64,000 bases of DNA, from assembly GCA_045656505.1 (NCBI GenBank), contig JAZORI010000058.1, positions 38,173 to 102,172 of the forward strand, written 5' to 3'. The stretch comes from Alistipes sp. (GTDB taxonomy: Bacteria > Bacteroidota > Bacteroidia > Bacteroidales > Rikenellaceae). A program made the position numbers and the translations under genes. Every line of letters starts with the position of its first letter. The stretch's first letter is position 1. Below the pieces are notes generated by a model, which was given only the letters and a program-made list of their open reading frames with translations, was not told the origin of the DNA and did not search any database. Of the stretch, positions 17,844 through 25,867 are shown piece by piece.

Positions 17844-20717
17844 CTATCTTAACGCTCTATACATAATCTCGATAACCAGAGTCCTTGTGCAGCTCTTGTT
17901 AGGAGAGAACTTATTTTTCGCCGTAGCACCCATAATACCCTTTACGTGCGACCAAGCAACAGCTCTTCCAAAATCACTTTGATGACTCTCAATATCAAGG
18001 TATTGATTGACTTGCAGACCCTCAGGACATCCCAAATACTTCCACAGAGTTACAACAAGCTCTCTTCGAGTAAGGGTTGTCTGTGGCGCAAAGGTAGTTG
18101 AATCTATCAGACCCTTCTCTTTTGCCCACAATGCAGCATGGTAATGCGCATCGGTTGACTTCACGTCTGTGAACGGATTTGTGACCGACATCTCCGGAGA
18201 GCCATCTATCCTCCACAACATTGTTACAAATTGAGCTCTTGTGCAGCTCTTATCTGGAGAGAATGTAGTGCCAGATACAATTCCTCTACTGAGTGCCCAG
18301 CGAAGGGCATCTGCATACCACACATCTGCCTTAACATCGGTAAATGGAGTCAAATTGCCCGGATCAACGCTGTAGATTTTGCTCGGATGGGTATCCTCAG
18401 GTATTGCAGCAAGCACCTTTCTGCCAAGTGTGGCAGATGTCTTCCATGCTGAGCCGGTAACAGCATTTCCGTCAACGTAGCAGTTTCTTACAAACTCTTT
18501 TCCGTAAGGGATAATAGCGCAATTCTTTGACAGGATAGGGCTTATACTACCACCATCATTACTATGGTCAAACTCATTTCCTATAACAACGCCCGTGTTG
18601 TAGCAGTTCTCAAGATGTATATCTTTACCTGACCCCTCGAAAATGCCGGCAGCGTGTCTGCTTACAATCTGTCCTGTGTTGTAGCAGTTCTGAATAAATG
18701 AGGTCTTTTCAGCAGGGTAATGCTGAATACCACTAACGGCACGAGTGAATGCAAAGGCGCAAATACCTCCTGCAGCGGTTGATAGATGCTGCTGTATGAG
18801 GTCTGTCAAATCCAATGGCAAGGTTATATTTCCGCTATTGTAACATTCGTGGATATGTGTCTCGCCCATTGCACCGATTATACCACCGCCATATAGCTCA
18901 TATTTACAGTTTTGAACAGTTATGTCTATGTCCGAATCATTAAAGCACTTCTCGATATGTATAAACTCCAGCGGTTGTCTGTATTTAGCATCTGCATGGA
19001 AAGATCCGCCGCCAAATGAGCACAAGCCACCTGCGTGTATATGGATATAAGGCGCCTCAGAAGGCAAATTGCCCCACTCATCAATCGGCTTGTAGGCATC
19101 GTTTCCATTGACGTTGATAGAGATCTTTCCACCTCTTGAATAGCAGTTTAGAAAATCTGTACCTTGATTCATGCCGCCACAGATGGCTGCTGCATAGAGA
19201 CGTAGCTCCTTCTTTACATTTGTGTAGTTGATATCAATGTTGAAGTTCACAACTCCAAGGTTCCTAAACTTATGTGTCGCCGGATTGGTTCCAAGATTTG
19301 CAAAAAGACCGTATGCACGCCAGTTACCACTCTCTGTCAGATATGGAGTCTGCTCGTTAATTACAATCTGCATACCAGAGATAACATGCCCATTACCATC
19401 AAATGAGCCGTTAAACGAGTGAGCGCCTTTGTCTGCTTTATCCCAGCCGTCACCCAAAAAACCGTAGGCCTCTGTTCCGCCAATCGGTACCCAGTTGCCC
19501 CACTTCGAGAGGTCGATATCGGCAATGAGTTTATAATGATAGTCAGGACCCTTGCGGACAGCATTCAACTGCTCGGCTGTTTGGATAAGATATGGATCCT
19601 CAAATGTTCCGCTACCACCGGCAAACTCAAATGGGCTATGGACTAATACCGCTGGTGCTCCGTCGCTATATTTAGCACCATATTTAATATCCTTAAGGCA
19701 CGCCTTAGGCAGGTATCTTTTGCCCGAAACAAGACACCATTCACCGACAAGGCCAGGGATGTTATCCGAGAGATCATCGTCAAGAATATCGACAGATAGA
19801 ATCTTATATTCGCTACCATACTGCTTCTTCTTTCCATCTTCGACCAATGTACCATCCACACATAGCTGCTCTTCTGTGGTTGGATATGCATAATAGGTGC
19901 GCTTGTACTTTTTTGCAAAGTTCTCAACAGACTGAGTGACAGCACCGTGAAGTCTCGACTGCCAATAGTCCCAGAGAGGCACATTCAGTTGAGCCGTAGC
20001 AACAGGTGTCAGATGCTGTGTGCTGATTCTATTTTTGTACTCCTTCATCGCATCGGTAATTCGGACATCATAGCCCATATCACCGGTAAATGCGGTGAGG
20101 TAAACTTTGACAGTCTCGCAGTCAACGACCTTAAATTTTACCGTATTTTCAGCTGAAGCGGTAGAGTTGTTCAACTTGAGAGATTTGTTAAAATAGTAAC
20201 CTTCTTTTGCCTTAAATGTCGCAACAGCCGTTGTGTACATAAAAGGCTTCACGCCATCCGGATGCTCGTATTTTACATCGTAAAGGAAGTAGTCCTCCCT
20301 ACTTGCCAAGGCATCATCAATATACATGTAGTGTGGCTTGCCATCCTTGACAACAAGCTTCCACGTCTGCATCTTGGCGATAAGAACGTCTGTCGGATCA
20401 ACTACAGGCTTAGCTACAGCCTGCTTTTGCGACTTTGCCACATTTGGCTCTTGCTGTAGCTGTTCTTGTTGCTGCTGTTCTTGCTGCTGCTGTTCTTGCT
20501 GCAACTGCTCTTGTTGCTGCTGCTCGCGCTCCTTTTTAATACCCTCTTTGAGCCTGTCAATACCCTTGTCAATGCCTTTGTTTACAGCCGAATTGACCTC
20601 TTTCTTAACAGCCTGCCCTAGACTGCGTCCAATACTCTTAAGTAAACTCTGTGCAGAAACATCTCCCACACTCACGGCAATGGACATCAATAACGCTGCA
20701 AGAATATATCTTCTCAT
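17844..20717 (-). CDS. Exported protein with poly-Q linker, GLUG-like beta-helix region and three C-terminal SLH repeats
   Basis: Signal peptide ...VSA|QS; QQQQEQLQQE tract; GSGTFEDPYLIQTAEQL; FTDVKADVWYADALRWA...FSPDKSCTRAQFVTMLWR and two more SLH-like units. Confidence 0.82.
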   Translation of the reverse strand: MRRYILAALLMSIAVSVGDVSAQSLLKSIGRSLGQAVKKEVNSAVNKGIDKGIDRLKEGIKKEREQQQQEQLQQEQQQQEQQQQEQLQQEPNVAKSQKQAVAKPVVDPTDVLIAKMQTWKLVVKDGKPHYMYIDDALASREDYFLYDVKYEHPDGVKPFMYTTAVATFKAKEGYYFNKSLKLNNSTASAENTVKFKVVDCETVKVYLTAFTGDMGYDVRITDAMKEYKNRISTQHLTPVATAQLNVPLWDYWQSRLHGAVTQSVENFAKKYKRTYYAYPTTEEQLCVDGTLVEDGKKKQYGSEYKILSVDILDDDLSDNIPGLVGEWCLVSGKRYLPKACLKDIKYGAKYSDGAPAVLVHSPFEFAGGSGTFEDPYLIQTAEQLNAVRKGPDYHYKLIADIDLSKWGNWVPIGGTEAYGFLGDGWDKADKGAHSFNGSFDGNGHVISGMQIVINEQTPYLTESGNWRAYGLFANLGTNPATHKFRNLGVVNFNIDINYTNVKKELRLYAAAICGGMNQGTDFLNCYSRGGKISINVNGNDAYKPIDEWGNLPSEAPYIHIHAGGLCSFGGGSFHADAKYRQPLEFIHIEKCFNDSDIDITVQNCKYELYGGGIIGAMGETHIHECYNSGNITLPLDLTDLIQQHLSTAAGGICAFAFTRAVSGIQHYPAEKTSFIQNCYNTGQIVSRHAAGIFEGSGKDIHLENCYNTGVVIGNEFDHSNDGGSISPILSKNCAIIPYGKEFVRNCYVDGNAVTGSAWKTSATLGRKVLAAIPEDTHPSKIYSVDPGNLTPFTDVKADVWYADALRWALSRGIVSGTTFSPDKSCTRAQFVTMLWRIDGSPEMSVTNPFTDVKSTDAHYHAALWAKEKGLIDSTTFAPQTTLTRRELVVTLWKYLGCPEGLQVNQYLDIESHQSDFGRAVAWSHVKGIMGATAKNKFSPNKSCTRTLVIEIMYRALR

Positions 20718-20983
20718 AACTCTAATTTTAGAAAAATTTTTACACCTCTTCTGAGCAACCCGCTCAAAATAAACAACTATAGATATGCAAACTTACTAAT
20801 ATTTTCCATAATTTCCAAACACTCACCACTAACATATCCTTCCTCAGAAAATAACTATGACAATATCTATATCGTTGCTGTTTTTCTCTAGATTGTTCCA
20901 AAATTGGGCTGAAAATTTATCCTGTGTCATAAGTTGTCGCTATTCATGGGTACTTTTGCGGTATAAATTAAAATCAAAAGGTT

Positions 20984-21964
20984 ATGGAGTTGAATGTTAA
21001 GTTGTCGATAGACAAGAAGCGTGATTTTATACACAATCTATTTTTGTTGAGGTGGAATCCTAGTGTGTCGTCATATACGATGGATAGGTTGGATGCCGAT
21101 ATGCAGGAGTGGGCTGAAGGGTATTGGAGTGATGACTTCGATTGGAGCGTGAAAGAGTGGAAAAAGGCCCGCAAAGGGGACCGATTCTTAATGGTGCGTG
21201 TTGGTGAAGGCAATACGGGCATATTTGCTGCCGGACGTTTTACATCAGACCCGTACAAGGGCGAGGATTGGGCTGGCAAAGGTCGAGATGTCTATTATAT
21301 GACGATGGAGTTTGAGGCTATATTCCACCCTGAGCGTGCGCAGATAATCTCGACTGCCGATTTGGAGCGAGAGCTGCCGCACATTGACTGGCGTGGAGGT
21401 CACTCGGGCCAGATGGTGGATAGAGATAGTGCCGTGACTTTAGAGCTGTTGTGGCGTGACCATGTTGGGCGCAATAAGTCGTTCTTCTCGCCATGTGCGG
21501 TGAAGAATAAGTTTTACGATTCGCGTTCAGATGTAGATAAGGCGATAGAACTGGCCTCATCGGCTCATGCGGCCTCTTATGATTTGGATGGCAATCCGAC
21601 AATCCTGCACGCTTTAGCTGTGGGTATGATGGGTAGCAATGACCTTGAGCGCGTTGTCGGCTTTTTGCACGATGTGGTTGAAGATACAGAGTATGACTTT
21701 TGCGACATTGAGGAGGAGGGCTTCTCAGAGGCTGTAATATCGGCTTTGCGTCTGCTGACTCATGACAAGAATACGCCTTATATGGAGTATATTGAAAGAA
21801 TCTGCCAATCGGGCAATATGGTGGCAATTAATGTGAAAATCAACGACTTGCGCCATAATATCGCTCGTGGTAAGGAGGGCGGCTATACCCGTTGTGTAGA
21901 GAAACATACAGAGGCTTTAGCATATATTGAGTCTGCCATAAGCGGACTAATAGACAAAGGCTAA
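20984..21964 (+). CDS. Fusion of N-terminal EVE/PUA-like domain and C-terminal Mesh1/SpoT-type HD hydrolase
   Basis: N-half LLRWNP...W...KGDRFLMVRVG...GIFAAG...W..GHSG; C-half AH...GNPTILH...LHDVVED...VKINDLRHN; promoter TACTTTTG at 20951-20958. Confidence 0.75.
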   Translation: MELNVKLSIDKKRDFIHNLFLLRWNPSVSSYTMDRLDADMQEWAEGYWSDDFDWSVKEWKKARKGDRFLMVRVGEGNTGIFAAGRFTSDPYKGEDWAGKGRDVYYMTMEFEAIFHPERAQIISTADLERELPHIDWRGGHSGQMVDRDSAVTLELLWRDHVGRNKSFFSPCAVKNKFYDSRSDVDKAIELASSAHAASYDLDGNPTILHALAVGMMGSNDLERVVGFLHDVVEDTEYDFCDIEEEGFSEAVISALRLLTHDKNTPYMEYIERICQSGNMVAINVKINDLRHNIARGKEGGYTRCVEKHTEALAYIESAISGLIDKG

Positions 21965-21968
21965 AGGC

Positions 21969-22019
21969 TAATAGCAAAGTATCCGTCTAACAGCCAGTTA
22001 GACGGATACTTTGCTATTA
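21969..22019. terminator. Bidirectional terminator, perfect 23-bp inverted repeat
   Basis: TAATAGCAAAGTATCCGTCTAAC-agcca-GTTAGACGGATACTTTGCTATTA between convergent genes. Confidence 0.85.
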
Positions 22020-23006
22020 CCTAATCCTGATAGTCTGCCCCTTGCTCAGTTCGCTGTGCAGCCGAAGACGATTTAGACGTGCCAGACGATTTTGGCGAAT
22101 ACCGAATGCTTGGCTGAGGGAGTGGAGTGTCTCGCCATCTCTCACCTCGTGCAGTAGGGCGTCGCCAATCCAACGCTCCTTTTTGCGCTCGATATAGACA
22201 ATCTCATTCTCTACCAATGTGGCACTGCTATTGACATCGTTAAATTTGCGGAGCATCTTCTCACTGATGGCAAAGATTTTGCCCAACGAAGCGTATGTGT
22301 CACCCTTTTTTGCAACAACATAGCAAGTGTTGTTTGTGCGATAGACGTTATACCCCTTGTGTATAGAGGAGCTGACGCGGAAAGGGTCGATGCCTACGGC
22401 CTCCTGTCGTTGGTTTAGCGTGCTCTGCAGTGCGAAATATTCGGCATTTTGCTTTGCGGTCTTACCCGATGAGTAGATTGCATCGCCATCCTGTTGGTCG
22501 AGCAGATGAAGGTTGTACTTCTCGATGAGTGCAATCAGTCGCTCGGCATAGTCCGGAGCTGTTGCGTAGCCTGCTGCCTTAAGGCCGCGTGCCCAGCTGC
22601 GATAATCGTTTGCCGGATAGGCAAAGAGTGAGTCGTAGCGTGGTGAAGAGTCGAGGAACTCGGCATGGTCTTGATATGACTCCTCGACAGAGGGGTATGC
22701 TCGGAAACATTCACCCTTGGCATCGTCATCGTGATAGACCTTTCTGCCGGTCCAATTTTTCTTACACTTTATGCCGAAGTGGTTGTTTGAAGAGAGGGAG
22801 AGAGTGCTGTTGCCGGCATCCGACTCGAGGATTCCCTGTGCCATTGTGATGCTCGCCGGGATACCATAACGCTCCATGTGCTCAACGGCAATGGACTTAT
22901 ATTTTTCGATATACTCTTCGCGGGTTTGGCGAGCTTGTACTGTAGTGTATAGGGCGACTAATATTGTAAATATCGCATAAACTATTGTAAATCTGAATTT
23001 TTTCAT
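22017..23006 (-). CDS. GH73 glucosaminidase with LysM domains (peptidoglycan hydrolase)
   Basis: GIPASITMAQGILES, NNHFGIKC, GYATAPDYA, two LysM-like C-terminal units; start moved to ATG at 23006. Confidence 0.9.
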   Translation of the reverse strand: MKKFRFTIVYAIFTILVALYTTVQARQTREEYIEKYKSIAVEHMERYGIPASITMAQGILESDAGNSTLSLSSNNHFGIKCKKNWTGRKVYHDDDAKGECFRAYPSVEESYQDHAEFLDSSPRYDSLFAYPANDYRSWARGLKAAGYATAPDYAERLIALIEKYNLHLLDQQDGDAIYSSGKTAKQNAEYFALQSTLNQRQEAVGIDPFRVSSSIHKGYNVYRTNNTCYVVAKKGDTYASLGKIFAISEKMLRKFNDVNSSATLVENEIVYIERKKERWIGDALLHEVRDGETLHSLSQAFGIRQNRLARLNRLRLHSELSKGQTIRIR

Positions 23007-23079
23007 ATATCTTTGCGTAAATAACGATTTGTAAATCGTAACAAAGGTACACCATTTTTTAAGAATTATCAACAGACAG

Positions 23080-23796
23080 ATGAAAAACCTGCACATTATA
23101 ACGCCGGTAAAGGACTCTATCGATTCTACTATTCAGACTATTCGTGCGTTGCTCTCTTCGCAGATAGATGTACCATATGTATATACGATATACAATGACT
23201 TTAGTAGTGAGGAGAGTACAGCACTGCTTGATAAGTACTCAAAGGAGCTCGGCTTTGAACTTGTCAACCTCTCTGATATTACTGACCACCCATCTCCAAA
23301 CTATCTGCTGGTTCTGCAGATGGCTCAAAAGCGTGCTATTGAGCAAAATGCTTCGCTGCTCATTGTCGAGAGTGATGTGGTTGTCGATAGCTCAACAGTG
23401 CAATCACTTGTTGATGGTGCGGCGCAGCGCGAGGATTGCGGAATTGCCGCTGCAGTGACAGTCGATGAGCAGGGTGATATAAACTATCCGTATAACTACG
23501 CCAAAGGTCGCGAGGGTGAGGTGTTCCAGGTGGATAAGCACTGCAGTTTCTGCTGCTCGCTGTTGACCAATAGACTGCTCAACTCCTACGACTTCTGCAA
23601 CCTTGACTCAGATAAGCATTGGTTTGATGTCCATATCTCGCACATCTCGCAGGATCTTGGGCTGAATAACTACCTCTTCTGCAATCTGCCCGTTATCCAC
23701 CGCCCACATGGCTCACGCCCGTGGAAACATCTGAAATATACACATCCGATAAAGTACTATATTAACAAGTTCTTTAAGCGCGTTGACAAGATATAA
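23080..23796 (+). CDS. Glycosyltransferase, GT-A fold (GT2-like)
   Basis: IITPVKD, IYNDFS, IVESD (DxD-like), WFDVHI. Confidence 0.75.
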   Translation: MKNLHIITPVKDSIDSTIQTIRALLSSQIDVPYVYTIYNDFSSEESTALLDKYSKELGFELVNLSDITDHPSPNYLLVLQMAQKRAIEQNASLLIVESDVVVDSSTVQSLVDGAAQREDCGIAAAVTVDEQGDINYPYNYAKGREGEVFQVDKHCSFCCSLLTNRLLNSYDFCNLDSDKHWFDVHISHISQDLGLNNYLFCNLPVIHRPHGSRPWKHLKYTHPIKYYINKFFKRVDKI

Positions 23797-23799
23797 TTT

Positions 23800-23912
23800 G
23801 TCTAACAAGGCTCTTTTGGCATCTGCCTTGTTCGTAAAATGCTCACATACGTTTAGTATGCTCCGCTTTTACGAACTGCGAGCAGCTTCAAAATAGCTCT
23901 TGTTATACAAAT
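23800..23912 (+). repeat. Family A long palindromic repeat, copy 1
   Basis: Arms AACAAG.../...CTTGTT; inner stem GTTCGTAAAA/TTTTACGAAC; apical CATAC-GTTTA-GTATG. Confidence 0.85.
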
Positions 23913-23929
23913 TCTTACACGTAGCATCC

Positions 23930-24042
23930 GCCTAACAAGGTGATTTCTGCGTTACGCTCGCCCTCAAAATCCTCACATACGCCCTAGTATGCTGCGGTTT
24001 CTCGGTCTTCGCAAGCCTTGAAATCCCTCTTGTTATACAAAT
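23930..24042 (+). repeat. Family A long palindromic repeat, copy 2
   Basis: Exactly 130 nt after copy 1; same CTAACAAGG start and CTCTTGTTATACAAATT end; apical CATAC-GCCCTA-GTATG. Confidence 0.85.
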
Positions 24043-24141
24043 TATTGTATGGTGCTTTTGGCTATTAGCCTTTAGCTCTTGGCCTTTAAGAGGAATTGTG
24101 TTTAGTCCGCCACAGGCGGACAAAGCTAATAGCCAATAGCA

Positions 24142-24177
24142 AAAAAAGTCCGTCTAATTGCTTAGACGGACTTTTTT
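24142..24177. terminator. Terminator of the GTCCGYCTAA family
   Basis: AAAAAAGTCCGTCTAA-ttgc-TTAGACGGACTTTTTT. Confidence 0.8.
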
Positions 24178-24190
24178 ACAGTCGATTAGG

Positions 24191-25054
24191 CTATCTCATA
24201 TTCTTCTTGAAGAACTCCATAATGACGCGGCAAGAGTCAAATGAGTCTGTAGCCCAGTTGTGGCCACCGTTGCGTACCTCATAGAAGTGTACCTCCTTGC
24301 CTGATGGCGAGCCATAGTAGCGGTGGAGGATAACTCTGTTCTTGATATGTGGTAGCTCGGTAGTCTCCTGATACATACACTTGTTTGCAGCAGCAACAGC
24401 CTCAACAGCAACCGGAACGGCAAGGTATGCACCCCAACCATACTGGTCAGTAGGGTCACCCTCCCAGCGAGATGTTGTATCGCCAGTGCCGTGTACCTCC
24501 ATAAATGCCACTGGAGAGTCGTAGTTGTGACGCTTAGTCATCTCTACCAGTGTAAGACCAGCCATAGAGGCGATTGCTCCGAACTCATTTGGCTTGCGAT
24601 ATGCCATCAGGTAGCACATCTCACCACCGTTTGACATACCTGTAAAGAAGGTGTTCTTTGCAGAGAGGTTGTAGGTTGTCTGCAGATGCTTTGCAAGGTT
24701 GCAGATAAACTCGCAATCGTCAACCTTCATATTGTCAATCTGCCAAGGGTAGTAAACATTCCAACCATTCTTGCTCTTTGGGTCAGATGTTGCCTGTGGA
24801 TAGCACAGAGCCACCTTATACTCCTCTGCAAGCTGCTTGAATGTAAGCGAAGCGTTGTTTACATACGAGCTGGCGCTACCACCATATCCGTGAAGGATAA
24901 ACACGAGCGGTGCATCAGCAGGAAGGTCATTTGGAAGATAGAGATAGTATGATCTTGTCAGACCCTGATCCTGTATTGTTTCAGTCTTTAATGTGCCAGC
25001 GCTCGCCACAAGGCATATTAAGAGCGCTGCAACTAAGGTTATAAATTTCTTCAT
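24191..25054 (-). CDS. Exported alpha/beta-hydrolase esterase (LpqC/PHB-depolymerase-like)
   Basis: LHGYGG, GMSNGG nucleophile elbow, HGTGD, GGHNW; signal peptide. Confidence 0.85.
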   Translation of the reverse strand: MKKFITLVAALLICLVASAGTLKTETIQDQGLTRSYYLYLPNDLPADAPLVFILHGYGGSASSYVNNASLTFKQLAEEYKVALCYPQATSDPKSKNGWNVYYPWQIDNMKVDDCEFICNLAKHLQTTYNLSAKNTFFTGMSNGGEMCYLMAYRKPNEFGAIASMAGLTLVEMTKRHNYDSPVAFMEVHGTGDTTSRWEGDPTDQYGWGAYLAVPVAVEAVAAANKCMYQETTELPHIKNRVILHRYYGSPSGKEVHFYEVRNGGHNWATDSFDSCRVIMEFFKKNMR

Positions 25055-25059
25055 ATCTG

Positions 25060-25863
25060 TTAATGTACGTTAAAGAAGTTCCAAATTTGGTTATATACCT
25101 CAAATTCCTCGTCACACCAGCCGCAGTTGTCGCTCTGAACGGTATAGAGCTTAACATCGCAACCTGACAGAGAGTTGGTGTAGTGGGTGCAGGTTACACG
25201 ACCCTTGCCCTCACGCTGCAACAGTGTGGTGTTCTTGAATGTGATGCACTCGTTCTTTGCTACAACTGCACCAACGCTCAAAGGAACAGAGACAGACTTA
25301 TTCTCTACGCCCTCCCACTTATATACAGAGTTCTCAGTAGCGTGAACATGCACAAATGATACAGGCTTAGTGAAGTTGTTTGCCTTGTAGGTCTCAACAT
25401 CAATTGCGCCAGATACGCAACCAAAGGCTGCAAATGTATCAGGCATCTGCATTGCTGCGGTGTATGCAAGGCCATTGCAATAGCTGAGCAGATATGCCTT
25501 TGATGCATTAGGGAATGCCTCTTTGACAGTTGCCAGGAATGATACATCTTTGTCATCATTGACGCCAACGATGCAAAGTGTATAGCCACCGATAAGGCAG
25601 TGCTCTGCAGCCTTGAAGTTTACCTCAGGAATAGCAGGGGTCGGGCTTAAACGGGTTTTAAGCTCCAAATCATCAGTAACTATAACAACAAGTGGTGCAG
25701 TGACATCCAGATCTGATGGTTTTACAATAACAGCATCGTGACCGGCAAATGATGCAGCTGAGTAGGTGAGCGATGAATCATTAACCTCAGTCTCGCTGTT
25801 TGTGTTCTCGCAACCAACTGCGAGAAACACAAACATAGTCAAAATATAAATTAGCTTTTTCAT
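25060..25863 (-). CDS. Lipoprotein paralogue of the adjacent esterase with degenerate catalytic motifs
   Basis: Lipobox LAVGC; aligns to neighbour (FAAFGCVSG, VHATE, VPLSVGAV) but has SYCNG, HATEN and NCGW at the catalytic positions. Confidence 0.7.
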   Translation of the reverse strand: MKKLIYILTMFVFLAVGCENTNSETEVNDSSLTYSAASFAGHDAVIVKPSDLDVTAPLVVIVTDDLELKTRLSPTPAIPEVNFKAAEHCLIGGYTLCIVGVNDDKDVSFLATVKEAFPNASKAYLLSYCNGLAYTAAMQMPDTFAAFGCVSGAIDVETYKANNFTKPVSFVHVHATENSVYKWEGVENKSVSVPLSVGAVVAKNECITFKNTTLLQREGKGRVTCTHYTNSLSGCDVKLYTVQSDNCGWCDEEFEVYNQIWNFFNVH

Positions 25864-25867
25864 AATC

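Noticed and set aside
20338-20754. Cys-rich 138-aa + strand ORF
   Set aside because: Antisense shadow of the poly-Q (CAG/CAA) tract.
23800-24038. Integron attC array (RYYYAAC...GTTATAC ends, 109 nt long)
   Set aside because: Only 21 nt and no ORF lie between the two sites; no intI in the window; the third family member at 55955 lacks the AAC/GTT ends; no clear unpaired central spacer. Kept as a palindromic repeat.
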